Part shown: one piece after another, positions 1 to 12,604 of the stretch
Numbering within the stretch: position 1 is the stretch's first letter
How the letters are laid out: every line of letters begins with the position of its first letter
Position numbers and translations under genes: made by a program
The notes under the pieces: model-generated
Seen by the model: only the letters and a program-made list of their open reading frames with translations
Database searches by the model: none
What the model was told of the DNA's origin: nothing
NCBI RefSeq assembly: GCF_963921235.1
Contig: NC_086097.1
Span: 110,176,001-110,240,000, forward strand
DNA length: 64,000 nt
Origin: Mobula hypostoma
Taxonomy: Eukaryota
Direction: 5' to 3'

Positions 1-368
1 TGGGATCAGAAGGCATTGAAAGGTTTGCCTGAAACCTCAACTGTATCTCTCACTCTCTCTCTCTCTCTCTCCAACGGCACAACAACAGTGATTACTTTGA
101 ACTACACTAGACTGAACTGAACTCTGCTTCACCTTAAGACTGATTATTTAACCCCTAGACTGCAATACAGCTTGGTTGATTCCTACCACCCTATTTCTGT
201 GTATATGTGTATACTATCATTGCTAACCTGTTACATTTATATTCTTGCGGTTAGTGTTCTGTATTACTTATATTTGTTAATAAAATTTTCTTAGTTTCTA
301 GTCATCACAGACTCCAACGAGTGTTCCATTTCTGCTGGTTTGACAACCCAGTTATAGGGTACGTAACA
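1..368 (+). mobile_element. 3' part of a Gypsy LTR related to the Gmr1-type LTRs at 9856-11317 and 16867-17676
   Basis: Ends ...GTAACA at 368. Contains AATAAA and the block GACTCC..GTGTTCCATTTCTGCTGGTT shared with the LTR ending at 17676. Confidence 0.75.
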
Positions 369-716
369 ATTGATACAGAGAGATTGGAATAATCTTATTA
401 TTGACAAACATGTACAAAAAAGACTTCAAATAATACAGGTATAATAGACTTCCAAACTCTTAATATAGCTAATCATGGAGAAAAAAGAAATAAAAATTTA
501 AAAAAATAATGCAAAGAAAAACACCCCAAAAAAAACCAAAAAAAAAACTAAATACTAAACCTGAAAAAAAGAGCAAACGGAACAAAACAAGGCTAGACCA
601 CTATCTTAAATCAGGTACATTCAATAATGTCATCAACTCCGCTCCTCTATTCATATATTTTAAGTTACTAAGAAGGATTCGGAAAAGGTCAACTTGGATC
701 GTATGAAAATGTTACA
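369..716 (-). mobile_element. Probable L1-like LINE 3' UTR fragment
   Basis: Very T-rich on the minus strand. Resembles the L1-like 3' UTR at 56258-56819 (TATTCC..AAT..TATCAAT near the end). No coding motif is visible. Confidence 0.4.
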
Positions 717-2298
717 ATTCTGTTATTCCAGTGCATCTGTACAAGTTTGTTATACCCCTGCACTGGCACAAGTTTGTTAAACCTGTACATCAGTACAAGT
801 TTATTACACAAGTGCATCTGTAAATTTTGTTACACAAGTGCATCTGGAAAGTTTGTTACACAGGTGCAACTATACAAATTTGTTACACAGGTGCATCTGT
901 CCAAGTTTGTTACACAGGTGCAACTATACAAATTTGTTACACAGGTGCATCTGTCCAAGTTTGTTACACAAGTGCATCTGTAAAGTTTGTTACACAGGTG
1001 CATCCGTTCAAGCTTGTTACACAGGTGCATCTGTACAAGTTTGTTACAGTGGTGCATCTGTACAAATTTGTTACACAGGTGCATCTGTGCAAATTTGTTA
1101 CACAGGTACATCTGTCCAAGTTTGTTTCACAGGTGCATCTGTACAAATTTGTTACACAGGTGTATCTGTCCAAGTTTGTTATACAGGTGCATCAATACAA
1201 CTTTGTTACACAGGTGCATCAGTACAAGTTTGTTACACTGGTGCACCTGTTCAAATTTATTACATAGGTGCACCTGTACAAGTTTGTTACACAGGTGCAT
1301 CTGTACAAGTTTGTTACACAGGTGCATCTGTACAAGTTTGTTACAGTGGTGCATCTGTGAAAATTTGTTACACAGGTTCATCTGTCCAAGTTTGTTACAC
1401 AGGTACATCTGTACAACTTTGTTACACAGGTGCATCAGTACAAGTTTGTTACACTGGTGCACCTGTTCAAATTTATTACATAGGTGCACCTGTACAAGTT
1501 TGTTACACAGGTGCATCTGTACAAGTTTGTTACAGTGGTGCATCTGTGAAAATTTGTTACACAGGTTCATCTGTCCAAGTTTGTTACACAGGTACATCTG
1601 TAAAGTTTGTTACACAGGTGGATCCGTTCAAGTTTGTTACACAGGTGCATCTGTACAAATTTGTTACACAGGTGCATCTGTACAAATTTTTTACACAGCT
1701 GTATCTGTCCAAGTTCGTTACACAGGTGCATCTGTACAAATCTGTTATACAGGTGCATCTGTCCAAGTTTGTTACACAGGTGCATCAGTAAAGTTTGTTA
1801 CACGGGTGCATCTGTCCAAGTTTGTTACACAGGTGCATCAGTAAAGTTTGTTACACAGGTGCATCCGTTCAAGTTTGTTACACAGGTGCATCTGTACAAA
1901 TTTGTTACACAGGTGCATCCGTACAAGTTTGTTACACAGGTGCATCTGTACAAGTTTGTTATACAGGTGCATCAATACAACTTTGTTACACAGGTGCATC
2001 AGTATAAGTTTGCTACACAGCTGCACCCATTCAAATTTGTTACACAGGTGCATCTGTACAAATTTGTTACACAGTTGCACCTGTACACGTTTGTTGCACA
2101 GGTGCATCTGTACAAGTTTGTTACACGGGTGCATCTGTGCAAATTTGTTACACAGGTGCATCTGTATAAGTTTGTTGTACAGTTGCATCAGTACAAGTTT
2201 GTTACAAAGTTGCATCTGTAAATGTTTGTTACATCTCTGCAAATGCACAAGTTTGTTACACCCCTGGATCTGAACAATTTTGTTATAATAGTGCACCT
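717..2298. repeat. 27-bp satellite, block 1 (GGTGCATCTGTACAAGTTTGTTACACA variant)
   Basis: Head-to-tail 27-mers with occasional 26-mers. A 216-bp (8-monomer) internal duplication is marked by ACCTGTTCAAATTTATTACATAGG at 1245 and 1461. Confidence 0.97.
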
Positions 2299-2867
2299 TT
2301 GCACAGGTCGGGGTGAAAAGTTTTAAAACAGGAGATTTTCGCAGGGCTCAGCGTATTAGCGGCAGACTAATCGATTCGAAGCAAGAGCTTCACACAGTCA
2401 TGGAGAAGAGTTTTTTAAAAACCAGCATTTCTTGGGGCTCGGCGCATTATAATAATGGGTATGACTGCGAGGCCAGTTTTCTGTTCCGAGTGTCAGATGT
2501 GGGATGTCTGGTGGCCACATCAGTGCTAGGTGCATTGAGCTGAAGCTCCTTTGAGACCGTGTTAGGGAACTGGAGCTGCAGCTCGTTGACCTTTGGCTTG
2601 TTAGGGAGAGTGAGGAGGTGACAGACAGGAGCTACAGGCAGGTAGTCACCCTACGGCCACAGGAGACAGATATGTGGGTGACCGTCTGGAGAGGAAAGGG
2701 AGGGCTTCCGGTAGTGGAAAGTGCCCCTGTGGCAGTCCCCTTAACAATAAGTACAGTACTCCATTTTGAGTGCTGGGGGAAATGAGCTACCTGGGGGAGG
2801 AAACAGTAGCCATGCCTCAGGCACGGAGTGTGGCAGTGTGGGTCAGGAGAGAAGGGAACGGAAGAAG

Positions 2868-3353
2868 GTTCCGGTTGCACCACCACCTGATGTGTGCTTC
2901 GGACCCAGGCTTCGTGTCACCACGCAGGAGAGGGTCCCACACAACGTGGGCTGACTCGCGGGTTTCCCACCGTGCCGCTCTGAGGTGCTTCTTGTACGGG
3001 CTGCTCCTGCACACCTTCCACTTCCATGCCTTCGTCTGCCGACCAAACTCACCTTGGTCCGTGTTGCCATACGGCAGCCGAGGAGGTCCCCAGTGGAAGT
3101 CCCTTTACGCAGGGGTGCTTCCCCTGTACATTGGGGGCCTGGGGTGGAAGGTGTTGCATCAGGCAGTCCCTTACAACAGGGTCACCAACACCCCGTCCAG
3201 CTGTCCATTCTGCAGGCGGGAGGAGTCGGAGTCCCACGCGTACACGGAATGCAAAAGGTTGCAGCCGCTCTTTGAGTTTCTCGGGGGCTGCTGCTGAGGT
3301 TCTGGCTGCACTTTAGTACCGCGCTCTTCATCTCCGGGCACCCAATTGGGAGA
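2868..3353 (+). mobile_element. Tx1/L1-group LINE ORF2 C-terminal fragment (Cys/His-rich zf-RVT-like region)
   Basis: GC-rich block translating WKSLYAGVLPLYIGGLGWKVLHQAVP..CPFCRREESESHAYTECKRLQPLF, then LLLRFWLHFS after a frameshift. Confidence 0.75.
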
Positions 3354-3911
3354 AACCATAGCACATTACAGCACAGAAACAGGCCTTTTGGCCCTTCTTG
3401 GCTGTGCCAAACCATTTTTCTGCTTAGTCCCACTGACCTGCACCTTGACCATATCCCTCCATACACCTTTCATCCATATACCTGTCCAAGTTTTCCTTAA
3501 ATGCTAAAAGTGAGCCTGCATTTACCACTTCATCTGGCAGCTCATTTCACACTCTCACCACTCTCTGTGTGAAGAAGCCCCCCGCCCTAATTTTCCCTTT
3601 AAACTTTTCCTCCTTCACCCTTAACCCATGTCCTCTGGTTTTTTTCTCCCCTTGCCTCAGTGGAAAAAGCCTGCTTGCAATCACTCTATCAAAACCCATC
3701 ATAATTTTATGTACCTCTATCAAATTTCCCCTCATTCTTCTACACTCCAGGGAATAAAGTCCTAACCTATTCAACCTTTCTCTTTAACTCAGTTTCTCAA
3801 GTCCCAGCAACTTCCTTGTAACCCTTCTCTGCACTCTTTCAACCTTATTAATATTCTTCCTGTAATTAGGTGACCAAAACTGCACACAATACTCCAAATT
3901 CAGCCTCACCA
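3354..3911 (-). mobile_element. 5'-truncated CR1 3' fragment
   Basis: NRLGLYSLECRRMRGNLIEVHKIM...TRGHGLRV...FFTQRVV plus a CR1-type 3' UTR. Confidence 0.9.
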
Positions 3912-5278
3912 CAAAAAAGAAACAAGGACAGTAGTTTGCCTCCCACGTGCCAGGGTGTTTCTGAGCTCATCCACAATATCCTGTAATGGGAGGGCAAGGG
4001 TGGAGGTACATATTGATACCAACGACAGAGGGAGAAAAAGGGTGAGGTCCTGAAAACAGACTACAGGGAGTTAGGAAGGAAGTTGAGAAGCAGGACCTCA
4101 AAGATTGTAATCTTGGGATTACTGTCTGTACCACGTGACAGTGAGTGTAGGAAGAGAATAAGATGGAGGATAAATGCGTGGCTGAGAGATTGGAGCTGGG
4201 GGCAGGGATTCAGATTTTTGGATCATTGGGACCTCTTCTGGGGCAGGTGTGACCTATAGAAAAAGAACGGGTTGCACTTGAATGCGAGGGGGACCAATAT
4301 CCTGGCAGGGAGGTTTGCTAATGCTATTGGGGAGGGTTTAAACTAGATTTGCAGGGGGGTGGGAATGAAGTGAAGAGGCAGAGGATGGGGAGGTTGGAGC
4401 ACAAGTAGGGACAGCTTGTAGGGAGTTTGTGAGGAAGGATAGGCAAATGTTAGAGTAAAGATGCACTCAGTGGTGGTTTGAGATGTGTCTATTTTAATGC
4501 AAGGAGTATCATAATCATGGTGGATGAACTTTGAGTGTGGATCAATATGTGGAACTGTGACGTTGTGGCCATTACAGAAACTCGGGTGTCTCAGGAGCAG
4601 GAATGGCTGCTGAGTGTGCCAGGCTTTGGATGTTTTAAGAAGAACAGAGAGGGAGGCAGAGGAGGGGGGGCTGTGTCATTGCTAGTTAAGGATAGTGTCA
4701 GGCTGCAGAAAAGGAGGAAGTCATGGAGGGATGGTCTACTGAGTCAGTCTGGGTGGAGGTCAGAAACAGGAAACCGGCAATAACTCTACTGGGTGTTTTT
4801 TATAGACCCCCAGTAGTAACAGGGATATCAAGGAGCAGATAACAAGACAGATTCTGGAACAGTGCAATAATAATAGGGTTGTTGTGATGGGAGATTTTAA
4901 CTTTCCTGATATTGATTGGCATCTTCTTAGCACAAGAGGTTTGGATGGGGTGCTGTTTGTTAGGTGTGTTCAGGAAGGTTTCCTGACACAATATGTAGAT
5001 AAGCCAACCAGAGGAGAGACTGTACTTGATCTGGTATTGGGAAATGAACCTGGTCAGGTGTCAGATCTGTCAGTGGGAGAGTATTTTGGAGACAGTGACC
5101 ACAATTCTATCTCTTTCACCATAGCGCTGGAGAGGGATAGGAGCAGACAATTTCGAAAAACATTTAATTGGGGGAGGGGGAAATACGATGCTATTAGGCA
5201 GGAACTTGGGAGCATAAATTGGGAGCAGATGTTCTCAGTGCTGTAGAAAATCCGGTTAAGAAGAATAGAAAAGCTTAC

Positions 5279-5381
5279 ATGGAGCTTAGAAAAATACGGG
5301 GCTAGGTAATTTCTAAAGTAGGAATATGTTTGCAGCATTGTGGGCCAAAGAGCCTGTATTGTGCTGTCGTTTTCTATGTTT
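5279..5381 (+). mobile_element. About 100-bp CR1 3'-end insertion inside CR1 ORF2
   Basis: ATGGAGCTTAGAAAAATA...TTTCTATGTTT flanked by the direct repeat CTTAC (5274-5278 and 5382-5386). Confidence 0.8.
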
Positions 5382-6884
5382 CTTACCAAAGGTTCAAGAA
5401 ACTAGGTACTGTTAGAGCTCTAGAAAATTACAAGGTTGCTTGGAAGGAGCTTAAGAATGGAATTAGGAGAGACAGAAGGGGCCATGAAAAGGTCTTGGTG
5501 AGCAGGATTAATGAAAACCCCAAGGCATTCTACAAGTATGTGAAGAGCAAGAGGATAAGCTGTGTGAGAATTGGATCAATCAGATGCAGTAGTGGAAACA
5601 TGTGCATGGATTCAGAGGAGGTAGCGGAGGTGCTTAATGAATACTTTGCTTCAGTATTCACCAGGGAGAAAGACCTTGGCAATTGTGGGGATACCTTACA
5701 GCGGACTGAAATGTTTGAACATATAGATATTAAGAAAGAGGATGTGCTAGAGCTTTTGAAAAGCATTACGTCAGATAGGTCACCGGGTCTGCATGAGGGA
5801 TACCCTAGGCTACTGTGGAAAGCAAGGGAGGAGATTGCTGAGCTTCTTGCGATGATATGTGCATCATCAATAGGGACGGAAGAAGTACCGGAGGATTGGA
5901 AGGTTGCAAATGTTGTTCCCTTGTTCAAGAAAGGGAGTACAGATAATGCAGTAAATTATAGATCAGTGAGTCTGACTTCAGTGGTGGACAAGTTGTTGGA
6001 GAAGATCAGGAGAGGCAGGATTTATGAGCATTTGGAAAGACATAATCTGATTAGGGATAGTCAGCATGGTGTTGTCAAAGGCAGGTCGTGCCTTACAAGC
6101 CTGATTGAATTCTTTGAGGATGTAACAAAACACAGTTATGAAGGTAGAGCAGTGGATGCAGTGTATGTGGATTTCAGTAGGGTATTTGATAAAGCTCCTC
6201 GTGAGAGGCTCATTCAGAAAGTAAGGAGGCATGGGATCCAAGGAGACCTTACTTTGTGGATCCAGCATTGGCTTGCCCACAGAAGGCAAAGGGTGGTTGT
6301 AGATGGTTTGTATTTTGCATGGAGGCCGGTGACCAGTGGTGTTCCACTGGGATCAGTTCTGGGACCCCTCCTCTTTGTGATTTTTATAAATGACCTGAGA
6401 GAAGAAGTAGAAGGGTGGGTTAGTAAGTTGCTCATGTCACAAAGGCTGGGAGTGTCATGGATAGTCTTGAGGGGTGTCCGAGGATGCAGCGGGATGTTGG
6501 TAAGATGCAGAACTGGGCTGAGAAGTTGCAGATGGACATCAACCCAGGTAAGTGTGAAGTGGTTCATTTTGGTAGGTCCAGTTTGAAGACAGAATATAAT
6601 GTAAATGGTAAGACTCTTGGCAGTGTGGAGGATCTGAGAGATCTTGGGGTCCATGTCGATAGGACACTCAAAGCTGCTGCATGGGTTGACAGTGTTGTTA
6701 AGAAGGTGTATGGGGTGTTGGCATTCAGTAACCATGGGATTGAGTTCAAGAGCCGTGAGGTAATGTTACAGCTATATAAGACCTTGGTCAGACCCCACTT
6801 AGAGTATTGTGTTCGGTTCTGGTCACCTCACTACAGGAAACATGCAGATACAAAAGAGACAGTGCAGAGGAGATTTACTAGGAT

Positions 6885-7445
6885 AAGATTAGATTATGAG
6901 GACACTCAGTCCTCATTTATTGTCATTTAGAAATGCATGCATTAAAAAATGATACAACTTTCCTCCAGAATGATATCACAAGAAACACAGGACAAACCAA
7001 GACTATAACTGCCAAAACCACTAACATATAGTTACAAAAGTGCAAAGCAATACCATAATTTGATAAGGAGAAGACCATGGGCACGGTAAAAAAAAGTCTC
7101 AAAGTCCCGATAACCTCATCATCTTACGCAGACGGTAGAAGGGAGAAACTCTCCCTGCCATGAACCTCCATGCACTGCAAACTTGTCCAGCCATCCAACA
7201 CATCCTCTGCCAAGTGCTTCGACCCCACCCCGGCCGCCAAGGACTCGAGGCCTTCTCCTCCGGAGATTCTGGACCACACAGTAGCAGCAGCGAAGCAGGC
7301 ATCTCAGAAGTTTCACCAGATGTTCCTCTGTGCTCTCACGCCCGTCTCCATCAAATCAGGATTATGCACGGCACCCTACTTGACAAATAACAGACATCAC
7401 CACCGGAGTGGCTGCTGTGAGCTGCTTCACGTCGCCATCTTCTCC
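6885..7445 (-). mobile_element. Non-coding, non-autonomous retroposon, copy 1
   Basis: Splits CR1 codons RFTRM|LP. The minus strand starts GGAGAAGATGGCG and ends ATGACAATAAATGAGGACTGAGTGTCCTCATAATCTAATCT. Homologous to 10347-11023 and 21254-21455. Confidence 0.88.
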
Positions 7446-7899
7446 TGTTGCCTAGATTGGAGGGTGATCCTTACAAGAATAGGTTGAAGGTTCTTGGCCT
7501 TTTCTCCTTGGAGCGATGGAGGATGAGAAGTGACCTGATCAATGTGTATAAGATGATGGGGGCATTGATCATGTGGATAGCCAGAGGCTTTATTTCAGCG
7601 CTGAAATGGCTAACATGAGGGGAATAGTTTTAAGGTGCTTGGAAATACATACAGAGGGGATGTCAGAGGTAGATTTTTCACACAGAGAGTGGTGGGTGCA
7701 CCGAGTGCACTGCCAGCAGCAGTGGTGGAAGTAGATACAATAGGGTCTTTTCAGAGCCTCTTAGATAGGTACGTGGAGCTTAGAAAAATAGAGGGCTGTG
7801 GGCTAGGGAAATTCTAGGCAGTCTCTAGAGTAGGTTACTTGGTCAACACAACATTGTGGATGAAGGGCCAGTAATGTGCTGTAAATTTCTATGTTCTAT

Positions 7900-8553
7900 G
7901 TACAAGTTTATCATACCAGTGCACCTGTACAAGTTTGTTATACCTAAGCACCTGTAGAAATTTGTTATATCAGTGCATCTCTACAAGTTCGTCATACCCC
8001 TGCAACTGTACAAGTTTGTAACTCCCCTATATCTGCACAGGTTGGTCATACACCAGCATCTGCACAAGCTTGTAATACCCAACATTTGTAGAAGTTTGTG
8101 ATACCAGTGCATCTGCACAAGTTTATTATAATGCTGCATCTGTACAAGTTTGTTACACCCGTCCATCTGTACAAGTTTGTTACACTCCCCATTGGTAAAA
8201 GTTTGTTATACCCCTCCGTCTACATAAGTTTGTTACACACCTCCATCTGTACAAGTTTGTTATACCCCTCTTTCTGTGCAAGTTTGTCATACCCCTCCAT
8301 CTGTACAAGTTTGTTACACACCTCCATCTACACAAGTTTGTTACACACCTCCATCTGTACAAGTTTGTTATACCCCTCTTTCTGTGGAAGTTTGTTATAC
8401 CCTTCCATCTGTACAAGTTTGTCACACTCCTCCATCTGTACAAGTTTGTTATACCCCTCCATTACACAAGTTTGTTATACCCCTCCATCTGCAGAAGTTT
8501 GTTATACCCCTCCATCTGCAGAAGTTTGTTATACCCCTCCATCTACACAAGTT
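7900..8553. repeat. 27-bp satellite, block 2 (transition from CCAGTG/CCCCTG to CCCCTC variants)
   Basis: Same CATCTGTACAAGTTTGTTA core and 27-bp period. Confidence 0.95.
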
Positions 8554-8571
8554 TTAGGAAGGGGTATAAGA

Positions 8572-9855
8572 AAGTTTTAGGAAGGAAAGGAATTCCATGG
8601 ACTCAGTGATTAGGTTAGAGACTGAAATAAGAAAGGCCCAGGCAAATAAAGAATCAGTAGTTGCATTATTTTTGATATTGAAATAGCCTATGATATGATG
8701 TGGAAGGAAGGATTGTTAATTGAACTGCATGAGATGGGGGTTGGTGGGTGAGTTTTTAATTGGATTAAAGATTTTTTGTTTGGTAGAAAAATTCAAGTTT
8801 GGATTGGATCAGAATTATCAAAACAGTACATAGTGGGAAATTGCACACCTCAAAGTGATGTGATTAACCCGTTACTTTTCACCATTAGGATTAGTGATGT
8901 CTTCACAAAGGTGCCAGTGGATATAGGTAGGTCACTGTTTGCAGATGATGGGGCCTTGTAGAAAAGAGGCAGGAACATGGAGCATATAATCAGGAAACAC
9001 AAGGAGCAATTGATGACATGGTGGAGTGGGGTTATGATTGGGGATGTAGATTTTCAGTAGAAAAAACTCAAACTGCATTGTTCACCAGGAAAAGAATTGA
9101 GGTAAGGAAGAAGTTAAGGATGTATGGGATTGAATTAGAAAGGGTTGGATCATTTAAATTTCTGGGAGTTATATTTGATTCACGATTAAGATGGGCAGAC
9201 CGTATCAGGAAAATTGAGGAGAAATGTAAAAAAGTAATAAATGTGATCAGATGTTTGATTGGTAGGGATTGGGGAGCAAGTTGTTCAGCGTTGAAGAGAA
9301 CGTATATGGCTTTATTAAGATCTGTGTTGGACTATGGAAATATGGCATATGGATCAGCAGCTAGGTCTCTTATAAGGAAACTGGATGTGATTCAGGCTCA
9401 GATTTTGAGAGTGTGCAGTGGGGCTTTTAAACCATCACCAGCATCAGCCCTACAGGTAGAAGTGGGAGTAATGCCTTTGGAACTACCAAGGATGCAATTG
9501 ATGGCAAACTACTGGGCTAATTTGCGGGGGCACAATGATTCTCACCCTACTAAAGAAATGTTGCAGGAGTGCTGGGAAAATGGGAGGTTTCAGAGGGATA
9601 ACTTTAGTCGAGTAGGGAATGACATTGCTAAAGAATGTAGAGTGTTTGATCTAAGGATAAGTCCTTCAGTAGTTTATCTAGTTGTAGCTCGAAGGAAGCT
9701 TGTATGCCCTGACATAGACTGGCATTTGTTAGAGGTAAAAAGGATAGGAAAATATAAAACTGATTTGGTAAGTGCATTTAACTGTCATGTGATGGAAAAG
9801 TATAGTGATTATACTCAGATTTATACGGATGGTGCTAAGGAACGTGAAACAGGAG
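8572..9855 (+). mobile_element. Nimb/I-group non-LTR retrotransposon fragment (RT through start of RNase H)
   Basis: FRK.RNSMDSVIRLE, DIEIAYDMMWKEGLL, TPQSDVINPLLF, SLFADDGAL, FKFLGVIFDSRL, WGASCSAL, RSVLDYG, QIYTDGAK. The 3' end is cut by the LTR at 9856. Confidence 0.82.
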
Positions 9856-12604
9856 TGTCACGAACCCTGTGACCAGAAATGGAACACACCTGGAGTCTGG
9901 TTTACGATAAATTAAGACTATATTTATTACTACTACGAATTAATATCATTAAACCGAATAATACAATACAGGTTATAAACTATTTTACATATATATATAA
10001 ACCCCATAAATGTGTGTGTGAACATAAAAATAATAGTCCAGGAGGACTATCACTTATTACGGTGTCAGATAAGTTTAAGCAGTTCAGTTCACTTTGTGTT
10101 GCGCCGAGTTGAATTGATGGAGAGAGAGAGAGTTAATTGAGTTGATGTTCAATTTGGCAGCTTTAGTTGTTCTTGCTTCCGAAGTCTTCAGAGTCACTTC
10201 GTGTGACCCCCACACAGACACAGATGGACAGAGCCCCTTCTAGGGAACGGTCTACTAACCCAGGGCACGGGTTAACCACCAGCAGACTCCCACAGGCAAG
10301 CTCTTACCCACACTGGTAATCATGGGTCAAAATTACCCGTTGGGAGGGAGAAGATGGCAGCGCGACGGCAGCGCGCCCGGCCACTTCGGTGATGATATCT
10401 ATTATCTGTCAGGTAGGAGACCGGGCACAATTCTGATTTGATGGAGACAGACGTGAGAACACGGAAGAACATCTGGAAAACTTCTGAAATGCCCGCTTCG
10501 CTGCCGCTGCTACTGTGTGGTAACTGTAATCTCCGGAGCTGAAGGCCCCAAAACACTCGGCTTTGCATATTTCAGTGGCCGAGGAGAAGTCGAAGGCACT
10601 CGGCAGAGGATGGTGCTTGGGAGGCTGTATCGGAAAGGCTGGTCAGAAGCTCAAAGTTTTCGGACGGATGGAATCAGTGTCGGCTGTGGTCGGCTGCTTC
10701 CAAGGTATCGGCAAGTTGACGGTACCTGGAGGTTTATGGCAGGGAGTTTCTCCCTTTTGCCGCCGCTATCAGGGACTTGGGAGTTGATCGTCTCAGGATT
10801 TTGAGACTTTTTTTTACTGTGCCCATGGTCTGTTCTTCATCAAATTATGGTATTGCTTTGCACTGCTGTAACTATATGTTATAATTATGTGGTTCTGTCA
10901 GTGTTAGTCTTTGGTCTGTCCTGTTTTCTGTGATATCACTCTGGATAAACATTGTATCATTTCTTAATGCATGTATGCATTTCTAAATGACAATAAAAGA
11001 GGACTGAGTGTTCTCATAATCTAAATTAATCGGTCCGTGGCCTCCACCCTCGTGGTGGTCTTAAACTCAACCAGTGGTTTCTCGGGTAGCTTCCGCAGTT
11101 CTCCCGTGTCGTGTCTCCTCTGCCATTATCAGACCGAAGGATCAACTTTTTATAAACCATCCAAAATTCCAACGTCCGTTAGCTCAACCACTCTGAGCTG
11201 TTACCATGGTGACTTCCCAGCTTGTGTCTCAGCTCGCACCGTACCCTCTCTCTCTTTTAATTTCCTCCTTGTTCATTAGACTGCTGAACTTTCTAGCAGT
11301 TTCTCACCTGCGTGACACCTTCCCGCTTTTGGGAAAATTTTGATCTTCGAGCAAAATTTTGCTCACTCACAGATTCTACACACCAAGCACTACATTCTAC
11401 TTCACAGAGTGTACATTAAGCATTTACACAGTTCGTCAGCATTTTTAACAGCGGGATAGGCAATCTGCAATGACATTGTCCATACCCCTTAAGTTCCTTA
11501 TCTCGATATCAAACTGCTGTAAACACAAGCTCCAGTTTAATAAACGCCGATTTCTTATCTAAAAACACCAAAGTGTTGTGGTCAGTGTACACCACTAACG
11601 GCTTTTGGGTGGGATTAACGTAAACCTCTAAATGTTGTAATGCAAAAATGAGGGACAGCAATCCCTTTTCTATTGTCGAGTAATTTTTCTGGTGCATATT
11701 AAACTTTTTGGAAAAGTATGCCACCGTATGTTCAATACCATCATCTCCTCTCTGTAATAGCACTGCCCCTGCGGCTTCATCGCTAGCGTCCATCGCTAGA
11801 GAAAACGGCTTAGTGAAGTCCAGTGCCTTTAGCACTGGATGGTGACACAGAATACTCTAGCCATTTGAACGCCTCTTGGCAACGCTCATCCCACACAAAT
11901 CGTTCACTCTTTCTCAACAGTCTTGTCGATGGAAGGGCAATATCCGCAAAGTTCTTGCAAAATTTTCGATAATACCCCCACCATACCTAAAAACCTTCTC
12001 AATGCTGTCTTACCCATTGGAATGGGTACATCAGCGATAGCCTGAACTTTCCCTTTCACAGGAGCCAGTTGACCCCGGCCCACTACGTAACCAAGATATG
12101 TGACCCTGGCATGACCAAACTCACTCTTGGTAAAGTTCACTGTCAAATTAGCTTTAGAGAGCCAATCAAATAATTTCTCTACTGTTACAATGTGTTCCTC
12201 CCACGTGTCATTCCATACTACTAAAACATCAATGTATGCCCCAGTATTCTTCAAGCCTTGATTCACAGAGTTTATCATACGTTGGAATGTCCCAGGGGCA
12301 TTTTTCATCCCGAAAGGCATCACATTATACTCGTACAACCCCAAGGGGGTGACGAATGCCGATATCTCTCGAGCCCTATTGGTTAAGGGAACGCACTAGT
12401 ACCCTTTTAGCAGGTCAATTTTTGTTAGGTACTTAGCCTTTCCCACCCTATCAATGCAGTCATCTATTCTGGGAATGGGGTAAGCATCTGCTTTAGTTAT
12501 TGTATTGACCTTTCCATAATCTGTGCAAAATCTCATTGTAACATTGGGCTTGGGAACTATCACGCACGGGGAAGCCCACGCAGAGGTGGATGGCCTGATT
12601 ATAC
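9856..12604 (-). mobile_element. Gmr1-type Gypsy element A: RT-RNaseH, PPT and 3' LTR (LTR = 9856-11317)
   Basis: LTR bounded by TGTCACG...CGTGACA; PPT AAAAGCGGGAAGG next to it. RT reads IIRPSTSAWASP..RFCTDY and MPFGMKNAPGTFQR; RNase H reads DASDEAAGAVLLQ..VYTDHN..DNVIADCLSR. No integrase lies between RNase H and the LTR. Confidence 0.9.
10347..11023 (+). mobile_element. Non-coding, non-autonomous retroposon, copy 2 (longest), inserted in the LTR
   Basis: Starts GGAGAAGATGGC, has a CpG-rich 5' half and ends ATGACAATAAAAGAGGACTGAGTGTTCTCATAATCTA. Confidence 0.88.

Larger units (their letters stand above)
2461..4346 (+). pseudogene. CR1 ORF1 (Zn-finger/coiled coil + SGNH esterase-like), interrupted at about 2868-3911
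   Basis: MTARPVFCSECQMW...DRVRELELQL at the start; VVCLPRARV, FLDHWDLFWG and GLHLNARGTNILAGRF...LN* after the interruption. Contains stops and frameshifts. Confidence 0.85.
4475..7806 (+). pseudogene. CR1 ORF2 (APE endonuclease + reverse transcriptase), frameshifted
   Basis: [84 protein letters not shown]. The FADD motif is destroyed by a frameshift near 6430. Confidence 0.93.
2299..7899 (+). mobile_element. Near full-length CR1 LINE (decayed) inserted into the satellite, carrying four nested insertions
   Basis: 5' UTR, ORF1, ORF2 (APE endonuclease + RT) and a 3' tail TTCTATGTTCTATG. Removing it restores an in-phase monomer GTGCACCT|GTACAAGTTT. Confidence 0.93.

Noticed and set aside
5330..6586. 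418-aa ORF as a functional reverse transcriptase
   Set aside because: It begins inside an inserted CR1 tail, and a frameshift removes the catalytic FADD motif.
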